DNA from: Octopus vulgaris
Taxonomy: Eukaryota
Reading direction: 5' to 3'
DNA length: 64,000 bases
Assembly: GCA_951406725.2 (NCBI GenBank)
Contig: OX597829.1
Span: 43,524,001-43,588,000, forward strand
Under the pieces are notes generated by a model that did no database searches, had not been told where the DNA came from, and saw only the letters and a program-made list of their open reading frames with translations. Every line of letters begins with the position of its first letter. The first letter of the stretch is position 1. Shown piece after piece: positions 12,331 to 27,698 of this stretch. A program made the translations under genes and the position numbers.

Positions 12331-12724
12331 TCGAGATGGGGAGTAGATAGACAGCCAACAATTAATGAAGGGTCATTTCTTGCATTACTTGTCCCTTTTT
12401 TTTCTCTCTCGATATTTGCGTATTTAACTTGTTTTCGTAATTGATGTTTACTGTTGGTGATGCCCTGTACCCATATATTCATATATATATATATATGTGT
12501 GTGTGTGTATGTGTGTGTGTATGTATGTGTGTGTGTGTGTGTGTATGTGTGCAGACATAAGATTGCGGTTTCATTTCTTGGACCGTGTGATGCATCGTAC
12601 TCTTGAGCAAACATTTCATTTCAGGTTGCTTCAGACCACACAACTGGAAAAGAAATGCATATATTTATACGTATGTGCATATATACAAATTTACAAATAT
12701 AAGCATACATACATCTATGTCTGA

Positions 12725-12795
<71 letters not shown>

Positions 12796-13038
12796 TGCAT
12801 GTGTACACTTACCCAAAAATCACCGTCAATTACATGGTTTTACACAGGGGGGATTCAGAACTAATTAATCGATCATTATTTTATAAAAAAAAAAAAACTG
12901 TTTCGTATCTTTGAATTTCATGTTTAGAGAGAACACGGGGGAAGAAACTTGCATTAAACGAAAAGGATACAAATTAAAAGTTATCAGTCATAAGCAACGA
13001 GAAATTTTATTTATTTATTTATTCATTTAATTATTTTT

Positions 13039-13079
<41 letters not shown>

Positions 13080-13249
13080 TAGGTCTTTGGCTCTGCGTCT
13101 CAATTTTCGTGTGTTCTATTTATTTTTTTATTATTTCTTTGCTTAACAATACGAGAGAGAGTTTCGTGGAAAATTCGGTTTTATTTATAGTTCGAAGATG
13201 TATGTACCTGCAATACATACATACATACTTACGTGTGAATACATATTAA

Positions 13250-13307
13250 CATGCGCTAGCAAATATATATATGTGATATTACGGTACAGACACAGATACT
13301 TATATAT

Positions 13308-13356
<49 letters not shown>

Positions 13357-13649
13357 CACGCACACACACACACATACACACAAACGCGCACACACAACAT
13401 ACATGAATACATATACATGAAATATATGTATATAGACAAACATGAAATATGTAGCAAATATATGTGATATCACGTAGAGACACAGATACTTATATATGCA
13501 CACATACACACACACGCACACACACACATACACACACATAAACACACATACATAAATACATATACATGAAATATATGTATATAGACAAACATGAAATATA
13601 TAGCAAATATATGTGATATCACGTACAGACACAGATACTTATATATGCA

Positions 13650-13730
<81 letters not shown>

Positions 13731-13810
13731 GCACACACACAAACGGGCACACACAACATACATAAATACATATACATGAAATATATGTATATAGACAAAC
13801 ATGAAATAAA
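13250..13810. repeat. Tandem triplication of a unit containing a variable (CA)n tract
   Basis: TAGCAAATATAT(AT)GTGATAT..CG..ACACAGATACTTATATATGCAC(AC)n...TACATGAAATATATGTATATAGACAAACATGAAATA occurs three times. Confidence 0.85.
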
Positions 13811-14267
13811 TATATGTATAGAAATATAGATAGGTAGATAGATAAATAGGTAGGTAAACACACACACACACACATATATATATGTGTGTGTGTGTGTGTT
13901 TTTACCTACCTATTTATCTATCTACCTATCTCTATTTCTATACATATGTATTTCATGTTTGTCTATATATATGTGTGTGTGTGTGTATGTGTGTGTGTGT
14001 GTGTGTTTGTTTGTACAAAGCTACAGTTGCGCACACGAACACACACGCGTATTCGTAGTTACATATATATATTTAATATTTAAGTATATATATATATATA
14101 TATACAAAATGCTTACGAGTATAATGATTTCCTTAATTGGGTCTTCATGCATATTCTCCATTCTCCGTACGACGACGGCCAAGCGGTGCATTGCACCTCT
14201 TCCTCTTAATTGACTTTTCAATATTTAATGAATAGACCGATATGGAAATAATTGCCAAAATAGATAG

Positions 14268-14298
<31 letters not shown>

Positions 14299-14624
14299 TG
14301 CACACGACCATACACACTCGCACGCGCGTACACACACACGCGCATGCATGCAGACACATACACGCAGGTGCACACAGGTACACACACGTACACTAACATA
14401 AGAACCCCCCTGTCACACACACACATATGTATGTATGCATACTTCTATGTATGCATGCGACCGTCTGTGCACATATATATTAGAATATATATATATGCAC
14501 ACGCACAAAAATGAGTATATATGTTAAATATATATATATATATATATATATATTTAAATGTACGAGTGTGCGTATATGTGTGGATATATGCATATATATG
14601 TGTAAATATATATATATACTTATA

Positions 14625-14704
<80 letters not shown>

Positions 14705-14706
14705 AC

Positions 14707-14764
<58 letters not shown>

Positions 14765-14937
14765 GTATACATGCACACACACACACAGAGAAACACACGT
14801 TTATGTTTATACATATTCATATGAAATATTTATGTTCGTATATAAGTGGGTGTATAGATACGAGTGCGTATAAACGTACTTGTATGTAACTCCACACACA
14901 CAATCTCTGTGTCTCTGCCTGCCTGCCTGTCTGCCAG

Positions 14938-14981
<44 letters not shown>

Positions 14982-15320
14982 ACACACATACATACACACA
15001 TAGATATACACGTGCTTCCAAGCTGAGTGGAACTTACGTGAAATTCATGGTACACAAATAATTAGGCTGTCAGGTTTTGACAGTTTCAGATGACCCCCCC
15101 CCCTCCCGCCGCTGCTCTTTTATCACATATAGGATTATTATCTAACATCTATTTGAAATTTTGGGTTTTTCGCAAATTGAAGTGTAACTCTGGATCCAGT
15201 TGAAGGACTGAGGATCTTCAGACAGAAATTCGTGACTACGCCTATAATATATATACGTATGCATCTATTTATATGAATAGATATATATATATATGTCTAT
15301 ACATATGTCTATATACATGG

Positions 15321-15365
<45 letters not shown>

Positions 15366-15389
15366 ACACATGGTATATGCATATATACA

Positions 15390-15600
15390 TGGCGAGCTAG
15401 GCGAAATTTCTTAGCGGTATTTCATCTGCCGCTGCGCTCAGAGTTCAAATTCCGCCGAGGTCGACTTTGCCTTTCATCGTTTCGGGGTCGATAAATTAAG
15501 TACCAGTCACGCACTGGGGGCGATGTAATCGACTTAATCACTTTGTATGTCCTTGTTTGTCCCCCTCTATGTTTAGCCCCCTGTGAGCAATAAAGAAATA
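15390..15600 (+). mobile_element. SINE family A
   Basis: GGCGAGCT...GAGTTCAAATTCCGCCGAGGTCGACTTTGCC...AATAAAGAAATA. Confidence 0.85.
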
Positions 15601-15629
15601 TATATATATATATATATATGCGTATATAC

Positions 15630-15672
<43 letters not shown>

Positions 15673-15774
15673 CATACACTTACATATAAATATGTATTAT
15701 ATATATATATATATATATATTTATATACATACATACATATAAACATGTTATATATATATATATATATACGTACA

Positions 15775-15810
<36 letters not shown>

Positions 15811-16783
15811 TACATATATTAATGTATGTATATACTTTTACATGTGCGTGCGTATTTTCTCACCTACATGCCCATTCATATTCACTTGTACACACATGCC
15901 TACACGTGTACCAGCCCCCATTGCGTGCTCATGGACACAAAGAGAGAGCTCTTGGCAATCGTCCTACAGCCAGTCAAACATACGTACACTAATACAGTAA
16001 CATTGAATATATACATTTATACAACGTACTGAATCTAGTTCTCGTAAACTAAATATGACGTCACAGACGGTGTATTGAAGTGAAACTAAAACAGCCTAAA
16101 CAAGAATTCAATAAAACATTCTTCCCTTCGATTTTCTAGGAATTAGGTTAAGACTTCAATGAATACTGGTTCGTTTCCATTTGTAGTATATACTAACACG
16201 ACCGCTATTTAAATTTTCTTTTAATCTGTTTTTATTTTTTTCTCAAACAATTTTGTTATATTTTATTTCGTTTTAAATTTTTTTTTTTTTTATTCTGCTA
16301 AGCCATCGAACTCTTTAACCATCTGAAACAAAAAAAAAATTGTCTATTTAACGTACATGCTAACAAGCTGGATGGTTTGCAAATTTACCTAGCACGTCTG
16401 TTATATAGATGGAAAGATATATGGATGGATAGATTCGAGAATATGTAGTAAATTAAATAGGTTGGTAGATAATACATCGACAGACAGTAAGACAATTATA
16501 TAGGGAAAGAGAGAGAGACAGAGAGAGAGAGAGAGACTTCGGCAGAAATGTAGATTCTTAGACAATTAGATACAAGAGAAGAGGGAGATTAAAATAAAAT
16601 GATTAATAGATGTAGGTGGGATCATGGGTAACAAAGAGAGATCGATACTTATTACTGTATTTATGAAATAGCCTCAGGCATAAAGTTCCGACTAAACAGG
16701 TTTTTTTTTTACTCCACCATATACAGCACCACTGGTTCATTGCAGACCATTATAAATCAAATTGAAGGTTATCAGCCTATCTC

Positions 16784-16975
<192 letters not shown>

Positions 16976-16993
16976 TTTGTCTGTCTGTTTAGA

Positions 16994-17048
<55 letters not shown>

Positions 17049-17149
17049 AAGCTTTCAGACTTCTTACCTTTGTACCTTTCAGAATACCTGCCTGTTCATT
17101 TCCTCTATCACACTATAAGTATTATATATGAGAGTGTGTTTGTATGTTT

Positions 17150-17232
<83 letters not shown>

Positions 17233-17431
17233 TTCATATATTTCATTTTGGCATTTGGTTTGCAAGATTCCTTATAAATAAAATAAAATAAAAATAAGGA
17301 ATAAGTGGAAATTTTACCGGTGAGTGTGTTAAATTATAAGGTGCAAAAAGAAAATGACTCTCCCCAGACACAATAATATATATGAGTGTGTGTGTGGGTC
17401 GGGATACAATATACATACATACATATATATG

Positions 17432-17485
<54 letters not shown>

Positions 17486-17486
17486 G

Positions 17487-17518
<32 letters not shown>

Positions 17519-17809
17519 TGTATGTATGTATATTGTATACACACATATGTATGTATAGATGGATGACTGGAGAGAAGGAAAAATAATAGGAGAATTTGTT
17601 TTGGGGTTTGAAAATGTACCTGAATCCAGAAACGTGTAGCCATTTAAGAATTTTGTAATAGATTATTAATTCAAATATCAAACCGGTTTCGACAAGTTTT
17701 TTGCTTATCAATGGCTGAAAATAATTAAATAAAGGGTTTAGGAAAGTTTAAAATTACAAATTGAAATTCGGGAAAACAGGTATCTGTTATAAATATATAA
17801 ATATACATT

Positions 17810-18028
17810 CGAAGCTTTCTTCCAAGGGATCTAATGCGCTTGGATTAGATTTCCCTTGGGAGCTGCCCAGGTCGGAGCAATCTCAAGATTAATCAGCCGA
17901 AATTGCGAAGATGATCCGGTTCTTGACTGATGACTGAGGGCTTCGAATGTCCCGTCCTGTGGTTCTTGTGTCGTCTTCTAGGTGTTTCACATTCTTGTCC
18001 CAGTTTGTATATATTTTTTACTTTTTAC

Positions 18029-18030
<2 letters not shown>
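17810..18030. repeat. Dispersed repeat family D, a short island next to (TA)n; related copies at about 25505-25612, 32915-33105, 38755-38880 and 45360-45503
   Basis: Shared CAGCCGAAATTGC.AAGATGATCCGGTTC..GACTGA.GA....GGCTTCGAATG.CCCGTC...TTCTTGTCCCA.TTTGTA, seen in both orientations. Confidence 0.7.
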
Positions 18031-18059
<29 letters not shown>

Positions 18060-19014
18060 CATACATATATACATACATACATACATACATACATACATAC
18101 ATACATACAGACAGAATTAATATATTGGAATAGAATGTAACAAGATTGAGATTTATTATCTTTTGTTAAATGGCGGGTTCTGCTCTCAAAATTGTGATGT
18201 AATTTCTCACAGATCAAACAGCTACACTGAGACGTTTTTGTTGGCCTGCTCACCGGTTATTGTTGTTGTTGTTGCTTATCTCCAGTCAACCCTGACCGAG
18301 CAAAATTATCACGAAAGCAATCCAGCTGTGACCATAAAAATATCTAATTCATTTAGTTCTTTGTTTTGTTTTCAGTGTTACGGTCTAATTTGAGGGAAAT
18401 TGGACTGTTATTCCTAGAAAGTCAAATGACAGCATAGTATCGTACCCATTGGTTTCGCATAGAGATTAGATATGATTAGTGATATAGTTATGTAGGTTAA
18501 AAGGATCGGTGAGTAGTGTACCCACTGACAAACTTGCGATGGAATCAGATTACCGTGCAGAACGTGAGTAGTTGGGTACATTGTCATAAACACTGCACCG
18601 TATCATGAACAAGATATGGAGATTTCTACCTAATTTCATCAACCTTCACAAGCCAGGGAAGCCGCTTCTACAATTTATTTCTGCTTGCTTAAAATAGCAT
18701 GTCTCAAATACCACCTGGGTACGGTCTAGATAAAGAGGTGACCTTGAACAATGTAACATAGTCCCAGATTTGCAAGTGGTTTTGTTGATTCCAGCATAGA
18801 CGAGGGTTTGAAAACCTTCCTTCGCACTTACGACTTGGTAGTGTCGGCTTCACTATATGAAATATATTTACCAGAAGTTTTAGACAAGTCAGATAGATCT
18901 CATCTTTAGTAATATATATGTGCGTGCCTGTGTGTGTGTGTGCATATATGTATAAATGTATATAAGTATATATATGTATGAGTGTGTGTGTAATGAGAAA
19001 ACAAAGTCATTTTA

Positions 19015-20575
19015 TTCCGCGGGATTCGTTTAGATCTTCTATTTTTAAAGACTTAACTGGCTTCGCAGATTTCTCTGAGTTTCAAAAGTTGAAATGGAAA
19101 AACGCGGAACTATGCCACAACTGCCTTACTTCTGGCTCTAGTTTTCAAATTTTCTTGTTTTTAATGGGAAAAACATAGCTCAAATTAGTATCTGTTTTTG
19201 ATATGATTTGATTAGCGGAGGACGATCAGGTGACTGTATTTACAAATGTTTGTAAAATCTCCGCTAAGTACGTTTTTTTTTAATGTCATGTGACAATACG
19301 TTTGGTGCTGTAAGGTAATACTTACACGGTTGAGTGAACGTGTCTAGCAACAGTCTCAAGGAATCAGGGATCTCCTATCATGTGTAGTAGAGGATGATCA
19401 CATACTTAATTTAAGAAATGTTTGTAAGTTCCTTGATACGTCCATGCGTTAATATCATGTGACGACTTTTGTTTGTGTGCCGATACTGTTGAGTATCTAA
19501 TGACAGTCCCAGACAATCAGACAATCAGAGCTGTCTAAATTTAAATTGTCAAATGGTGGAATGGACAGTAGTTGTTTCTAAGTAGCTCAGTGGCTGTATG
19601 GTTTCAAAGCTTAAAACACTTATGCAAATTCTTGTGGAATATTCGTCTTTGAGCGTTCGGGACAGCATGAGGAGAATAGCAGGTACTCTTTAGATTCTGT
19701 TAGTTTTTAATGAATGTCTGTTTCAAAATTTATGGCTGTTTTGATGATTATAATGTCCAGGAATTGCAATTGGGCTTCACTCTATTTCATGGTGAAGTCA
19801 ATACTATTCTTTTAGCTGTTAATTAGGATTTTGAAATCAATAAGCTCAACAAATTTTACGCCCATAAAATTATGCTGTCATCTAAGTAACATTCCCAGGT
19901 TTCTAGTAAATATTTATGGTAGTCTAAGCCATGTTTTAATTTAAAATCATTCATATATATGGAACTTCATGTATGTCAGGAATAAATTGGCATAAGTCGG
20001 AGTGACTTTTGTACCATCGCAGTCCCAGATATTTGTTCCTGAATATTGCCATTAAAGGCAAAAATGTTGTTTTCAAAAATGAATTTAAATCCTTCCGTGA
20101 TGAAGACAACCGTGTCAGCCTTAGTTTTGGGCGCAAAAAATATTGCCACATAGACGAAACCTATAAAAATTTCTAAAGTATAATCATGTGAAATACCAAG
20201 CTTGCCAAATTAAATTTAGAGAGCCTTGATTGTTTAGGACAGTCATTAGACATGTTCACTCAACCGCAAAAGCTTTAACTTACAGCGACAGACCTATTGC
20301 CACATGACATGAAAGAACATACGTTGCGACGTACTTATTAAAATTTGTAGACCTAGTCATGTGATCTTTCTCGGCCAATAAAATCGTATCCAAAACAGAT
20401 GCGCTATGTTCTTTGAGCTATGTTCTTCCTATAGAATTTGAGCTATGTTCTTCCTATAGAAACAAGAGAATTTTTGAACTCCAATATAATAGTTTGTCTC
20501 AACTTTTGAAAATCTGAGAAATCTGTGAAATTTGTTAAGTATTTAAAAATAAAAAGTCTAAACAAATTCCAGTGC
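19015..20575 (-). mobile_element. Decayed Penelope-like element: RT fragment (about 19610-20185) between long imperfect inverted arms
   Basis: Minus strand: ENNIFAFNGNIQEQISGTAM/TKVTPTYANLF, WECYLDDSIILW (YLDD at 19888-19877), IDFTMK*SEAQLQFLDIII and ETDIH*KLTESKEYLLFSSCCPERSKTNIP, all typical Penelope RT motifs. Arms about 19015-19552 and 20201-20575 are reverse complements. Confidence 0.8.
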
Positions 20576-21214
20576 ATTTTCAGTGAGATCCAAAAGGCAA
20601 TGAGAAGAAAAACTTAACTGTATTTTGACGTACTTCATGAATACTCTTCATAAAATTGCACTATTGTGAAATTGTACCATTACATCTTCACGTTGCCAAA
20701 ATGAATTGTAGATGTAAAATTATTTTAACCTCTCCTTGAAAGAGCTACGAGTTGGAACTCTGGGCTAGAGCTTATATTTTACCTAAATACCGAGAAAAAT
20801 ATACGGGATTGTTCTGTAATTTGCTTCATGCGAATTACAGGCCAATTTTACATCTAAGCACTGGCTCCCAAGAGGCGCCTTGAGGCTTAGAAAACAGTAA
20901 GTTCAAATGTAGAGTAGCAATACATTGGAATGTATAGTGTTGCAATATTATTTACAACAAAGAATGCTCATAAATAATGTTAGGTACGTACGTAGGTGGT
21001 ACATACCGTTTGAAAATGGTTTAGTAAAAATCATGCAGAGGTTTTGGAGCATTAATTTTCTCGTTAATTGTTAGTTTTAATTGTTTGCGCTGTTTATTTA
21101 AATCCCTACTGGACTTTTTTTTTTATTGTGTTGTTCTAAATATCTTTGGGGGTTTCGTGGAAAATAAGAAAAATTACCATTTGTTCCATTTCTTTACGAT
21201 CTGATTTCCATTGG

Positions 21215-21380
21215 CGCCGGCCGGAGTCGATTTTTCTTTCCATCCTTTCATTACCGTTAAAATATTACCATTAAAGACCAGATGAACACGGTGGCGGATG
21301 GCGGGGAGATGGAGTCGATATAATTGACTGATACCTACCCCAAAATTTCATGTCTTGTGCCTATAGTAGAAAGGACTGTT
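21215..21380 (+). mobile_element. SINE family A, strongly diverged
   Basis: GCCGGAGTCGATTTTTCTTTCCATCCTTTC...GGAGTCGATATAATTGACT...CTTGTGCCTATAGTAGAAAGG. Confidence 0.55.
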
Positions 21381-22140
21381 ATTGATGTTTATTACTTTTT
21401 ATTTTCTATTGGGCATGTTAAATATGTAACGGTTTTGAACAGGATATCAAGAAGAAAAAAAAAAAACGCAAAAGAAAATCCTTGGTAAAAACAGTAGGGT
21501 AAAACCCATAGACAGCAAGTTAAGTATAGAACATCCGTTTGGTTGCTCATACAGCAAGAAACAGTAGACAAATACCACCAAAATTTCTGAATTTTCTAAG
21601 TCTTTGGTAAACTTAGTATTAGACACATTACCAAGAAGTAAAGACGACATGGCGACATCAAGAAAGCAATAACGATAAATCTACCCATTGAAAGCTTTCC
21701 TTGGACTAAATAACAACAACAAAAACACAACTACAGCAACATAAAAATAACAACGACATGCACAATTTAGAACAGATTTTAAACTGGATCAAATATTGAT
21801 AAACTGCTTGTTGTGATGTGTATGAGATTTGAAGTCGATCATAGGACAAGGTTGCCCAGGCTATGACCCTGAAACTTCATTTCCAGTCTACGCATCATTC
21901 AGGGAATGCTTGGACATTCAAAAGATTTAAATTTGAAATTAGAAAATTTTTACTCGTCAAAAAGAAAAAGAAAAAAAACAGCGTCGTCGCTATGTCGCCA
22001 CGTCAAACATGTGTAAATCCATCACGAAAAAATATGCGTGCAATTTAAAAAAAAAAAGTTTTTGGGTAGAAAATTTTATCCGTTATGAATTTATCCGTTA
22101 TTGTTCCCATAAAGTCAACAATAAATTATAATTCATATGC

Positions 22141-22186
<46 letters not shown>

Positions 22187-22387
22187 CTGAATGATAGAGA
22201 GTGAAAGATTTAGGCGGCAAATCAATATAATACAATATAGACGCCTATATGTCGGTTCAAAATCTCCTAGTGTTTATGATATAATGCGAAGAATTTAAAT
22301 TTAAGCAGATGTATAACAATGGCATTTTCATTGTGGCTTGAATACTCAATAAAATAATAACAACAACAACAGTAGTAGCGGTAGTGT

Positions 22388-22458
<71 letters not shown>

Positions 22459-22691
22459 ACAATAACAATATTTATATAAAATACGTTAGGTAAAAATCAA
22501 GATTTGTGTTATAAGAAAAAATCTTCCATTTTGAATTTTTCTGGGTTTTTTTTGGATTGTTATATATTTTTCTGAAAAGGAAAAATGCTACGAATAACAA
22601 AAAAAATCAAATTCTTGACAAAACAGAAATTCGAGAATATTTGACATAAAAATTTAATGATTGTGATTGCGATATTAATGCAATTACATCA

Positions 22692-22801
<110 letters not shown>

Positions 22802-22802
22802 G

Positions 22803-22901
<99 letters not shown>

Positions 22902-23249
22902 GTATATATATATATGTATATATTATATATATATATATATATGTATATATATACACATATATATATATATATACATGCACACATACATATAGAAAGAAGA
23001 TAATGGAACAGAGAAAACAAAGGCAATTACTGAAAGCTGGTACAATTGACTACGAATATAAATATGATGAGATAAAGCAAAATAAGAAATATTGTAAAGT
23101 GATAAAGAAAAATTACATGAAGCGTCGCATAACGGAATCAATCATATTTTCCCGTTAGTTGCTAACAATGTCGTTTGCCAAAGGATCATTACGCACACGC
23201 ACATATTAAACGTGCATATTTGTATATTAATATAACCGTTCATATATTT

Positions 23250-23292
<43 letters not shown>

Positions 23293-24430
23293 TATACTTA
23301 TATATGTGTGTAAATACTCACACGCACGCATACACCACGTGCGCCACACGCACGTGTAAATATGATATGCACATACGAAATACACAATCGCACACACTAA
23401 AGCACGCATAGGTATACATGTAATTTTTTTTACATATACATGTGGATGTGCTAATTTGTAGATATGTGCATATTACACGGTCTCTCTTCCTCCAACCCAT
23501 TCTCTCTCTCTTGATAATATATATATATATATATATATATAGTAATTGTGGTTCATTTTACCTTTGCCTATATAATACAGTAAATGAATTGATTGCATCG
23601 CAATCCCTAACATTTAAGTATTAACTTTGTTGGGTACTTCCCTAGCAGTATATTGGATATATGTTATCCCATGGAGGGTTGCATTTACAACCCCTATCTC
23701 AATTTGTATATATATATATATATACATGATATATCGCTCATATCCACATATGCTCTTGCGTATGTCTAAGTATCTTTGTGTCTGGCACTGATGTCAATAT
23801 TTCAATTTATCAGTATGAAAATGATATTACTAACAATCTTTTTAGAGTGGTGTAAGGGACATCGAGCAACCGTTGCCATAACATATGCTGGAACAGATAA
23901 TACCATAACGTTATTAATTCATGTTCGAATACACACACAAGCACATACGTATATACTTATAAAGATATATATGTGTGTGTGTGTGTGTGTGTGCATGTGT
24001 GTGTGCGCGTGCATGTGTGTGTGTGTGTGTATGCGCATGCATGTGTATGTATGTGTGTGTGTGTGTGTGTGTATGTATGTGTATGCGCGTGCATGTGTGT
24101 GTGTCTAACTCCTTTGTGATTATATCAATTTATCAACACTGAACCTTGATCTAGGTGTTATATGTTTATAATTGATATTTTACGCAAATTACAGGAGCAT
24201 TGAGCGTAACTCGGTTTTTTTTTTCACTACGTTAAGCCGGAGAGCGCCTCTGCATGTGCGCGCAGACATACACACATACACGCATAAATACACACACGAA
24301 CACGCACAAATATATATGCAAAAACACACATACATGCAGAGGCTTGCATATGATTACTTGTTAATAGAATTCATAAGCGGTTTTGATCAATGAATACGTA
24401 CATTGAAATACGTGTGTGTGTGTGTGTGTG

Positions 24431-24487
<57 letters not shown>

Positions 24488-24563
24488 GTGTGTGTGTATA
24501 TATATATATATATATAAGTATGTATATATATATATATGTGAGTGTGTTCGTAGGTGAGTGTGT

Positions 24564-24596
<33 letters not shown>

Positions 24597-24719
24597 GTGA
24601 TGGACAGACATGCATATACTAGCATGTAAATATATAGAGGGGAAGATAACGGATATATATGCGTGTGTGTCTATGTATATATATATATATACACATATAT
24701 ATGTATATATATGCATATA

Positions 24720-24799
<80 letters not shown>

Positions 24800-24810
24800 T
24801 TATATATGTA

Positions 24811-24921
<111 letters not shown>

Positions 24922-24961
24922 CTTATATATATGAATATCTTATGTATGTGAATATCTTTGT

Positions 24962-25011
<50 letters not shown>

Positions 25012-25187
25012 CCGTGTCCGTGCGTGTGTACGTTTGTATTACATATGGATTGTATTAATTAGACAGCAGCATGGTAATAATGTCAATCCAAAGTCACATA
25101 CCCGCGGCATTATCTACTGATGCAGAAAGGTGCGGTTTTGTATATCTATTTCCTTGCCACTGTTGTGTTGTGTGTGTGTGTGTATAC

Positions 25188-25226
<39 letters not shown>

Positions 25227-25622
25227 TCTATTTATTTATCTATTTATATACGTTTACTTAATTTTTCTGCTTATATTTTGAAGGGGGATTTAGAAATGAT
25301 ATTAAAATGTTGCTCTTTTAAATTGGAAATGCATGTATGTATGTATGTATGTATATATACACACAAACTTTGAGGTGTATTCCGTTAAGAACGTATTAGA
25401 GTACAAAATAGGGCACGTTCAACAACTGTCGAATCGAACTCCCTTTTGACTATTTATTCTTTCTTATATATATATATATATATATATAGGGATAAATATT
25501 TTATATATAAAGAACGTGAAACACAGGAAGGGACAAACACGGAACACAGACAAATCATTCGAAGCCTTCAATCTTCAGTCAGACGCCGAATCATCATAGC
25601 AAATTTCGGCTACACACACACA

Positions 25623-25666
<44 letters not shown>

Positions 25667-25769
25667 CATATATAAATGTCCACACACACACATATATACA
25701 TACACACATATATATATATATATGTATATATATCTGTTATTGTATATATATTTGCATGTGTATATATGC

Positions 25770-25828
<59 letters not shown>

Positions 25829-26339
25829 TCGATATATATCAATAGATATGCACACACATACATATATATCTACATATATCTATGCAGTTTGTGTCACGGC
25901 AAATACTTGTACAAAGAACGGGATATCCCGTTAGATATACTGAGCTGCTCCATTTGTCGGTTATAACCAAAAATATACAACGGGCAAGAAGAACATGCCT
26001 ATGGCATCTCAGTATATCCCGCGGGTCACCCCTGTTTTTATGCATGTATCTGATGTGACACAAACTACACAGATTGATGCAACACATCAGTTAGATGTAC
26101 AATATCTTACCCACAACGGACGTATGCCAGATTGGCCAACACGATCGTCGCACTGAATAAAGATTAGTGCTAAATCTATCATTTGTTTCCTTCATCAATT
26201 ATTATCCCAACAAACACTGCGGAATTCCTCACGTAGATCTAGAGGATATATATTATCACAACTGTAGGTAACCCAAACTGTGAGCGTGCTTTGCTCAACG
26301 CAACTAATGATATACACCCATTAGTCCCTTAGTCCCCAA

Positions 26340-26431
<92 letters not shown>

Positions 26432-26703
26432 GTATGTATGCATATATTTAAATGTATATATATATTTATATGTATATATATATATACACACATATATATA
26501 TATATACATTCATATATACATTTATATACACATTTATATACACACATACACACACACATTTTTGTTTATATCTTTATATATACATACATACGTACATACC
26601 TGCATACATACCTACATTCATACACACACACACTCACTCACACATATATTATGTATATATTCCTTACCGGTGGTAGTGGCTATCATAATTTATTTCTTTG
26701 CTT

Positions 26704-26770
<67 letters not shown>

Positions 26771-27039
26771 TGTGTGTAGTCATGTATGTATGTTGAATGA
26801 ATGTTCGCATGAATGGCTGTGTTGTTTTTATTACCCCTAAACATGTTTTAATTATTATTTACAGCATAGCTTTCTTTTTTAACTGAGAATTTGTGTGCAA
26901 ATAAACGATTGTGTGTATATATCTAAATGTGTTTGCGAAAGAGATTGAAGAATGTATATATACAATACAGAAGGAAACAGACTGTTGCACACATTCATGC
27001 CATATAATTTGTCTATCCCCATTAATTTATCCGTTTCTT

Positions 27040-27176
27040 GAGTAGTAGTAGTAGTAGTAGTAGTTGTAGTAGTAGTAGTGGTGGTGGTGGTGGTGGTGGT
27101 AGTAGTGGTGGTGGTGGTGGTGGTAGTAGTGGTGGTGGTGGTGGTAGTAGTGGTGGTGGTGGTGGTAGTAGTAGTG

Positions 27177-27211
<35 letters not shown>

Positions 27212-27374
27212 GGTAGTAGTAGTAGTAGTAGTAGTGGCAGTAATGGTAGTAGTAGTGGTAGTAGTAGTAGTTGTAGTAGTAGTAGTAGTATTAATGGTGG
27301 TAGTAGTAGCAGTAGTGATGGTGGTGGTGGTAGTAGTAGTAGTTGTGGTGGTGGTAGTAGTAGTGGTGGTGGTG

Positions 27375-27405
<31 letters not shown>

Positions 27406-27560
27406 AAGTGGTAGTAGTAGTAGTAGTAGTTGTGGTGGTGGTGGTGGTGATAGTAGTTGTGGTAGTGGTGGTAGTGGTGGTGGTGGTGGTTGTGGTGATT
27501 GTAGTGGCGGGGTTGCGGTGGTTGGTTATGGTGGTGGTTGTGGTGGTGGTGGTTATGGTC
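27040..27560. repeat. Mixed (GGT)n/(AGT)n trinucleotide array
   Basis: About 520 bp of interleaved GGT/AGT units. It produces the spurious poly-T, poly-V and Ser/Gly ORFs. Confidence 0.95.
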
Positions 27561-27698
27561 GTCGATCTGGTGTTGTAATGGCATTGTTTGTAAATAGAAT
27601 TGGCTGTTATAATAATAATACAGGAAAACAGCCATAACATAGCTCAAACAACATAGCAACCATTCTGCTATTTGCTCTGTTCTTCTTTTTGTTTTTTC

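Noticed and set aside
17560-17720. Further hammerhead-like fragments (GAAAC-GT-GTA at about 17628, GAAAC-CG-GTT minus at about 17690; similar at 26140, 44704, 47410 and 62765)
   Set aside because: The CUGANGA core or stem I needs several substitutions in each case, so they cannot be told from chance without a family consensus.
27038-27637. 199-aa Ser/Gly-rich ORF resembling a glycine-rich structural protein
   Set aside because: It lies in a GGT/AGT array open in several frames on both strands, has a non-ATG start and no signal peptide.
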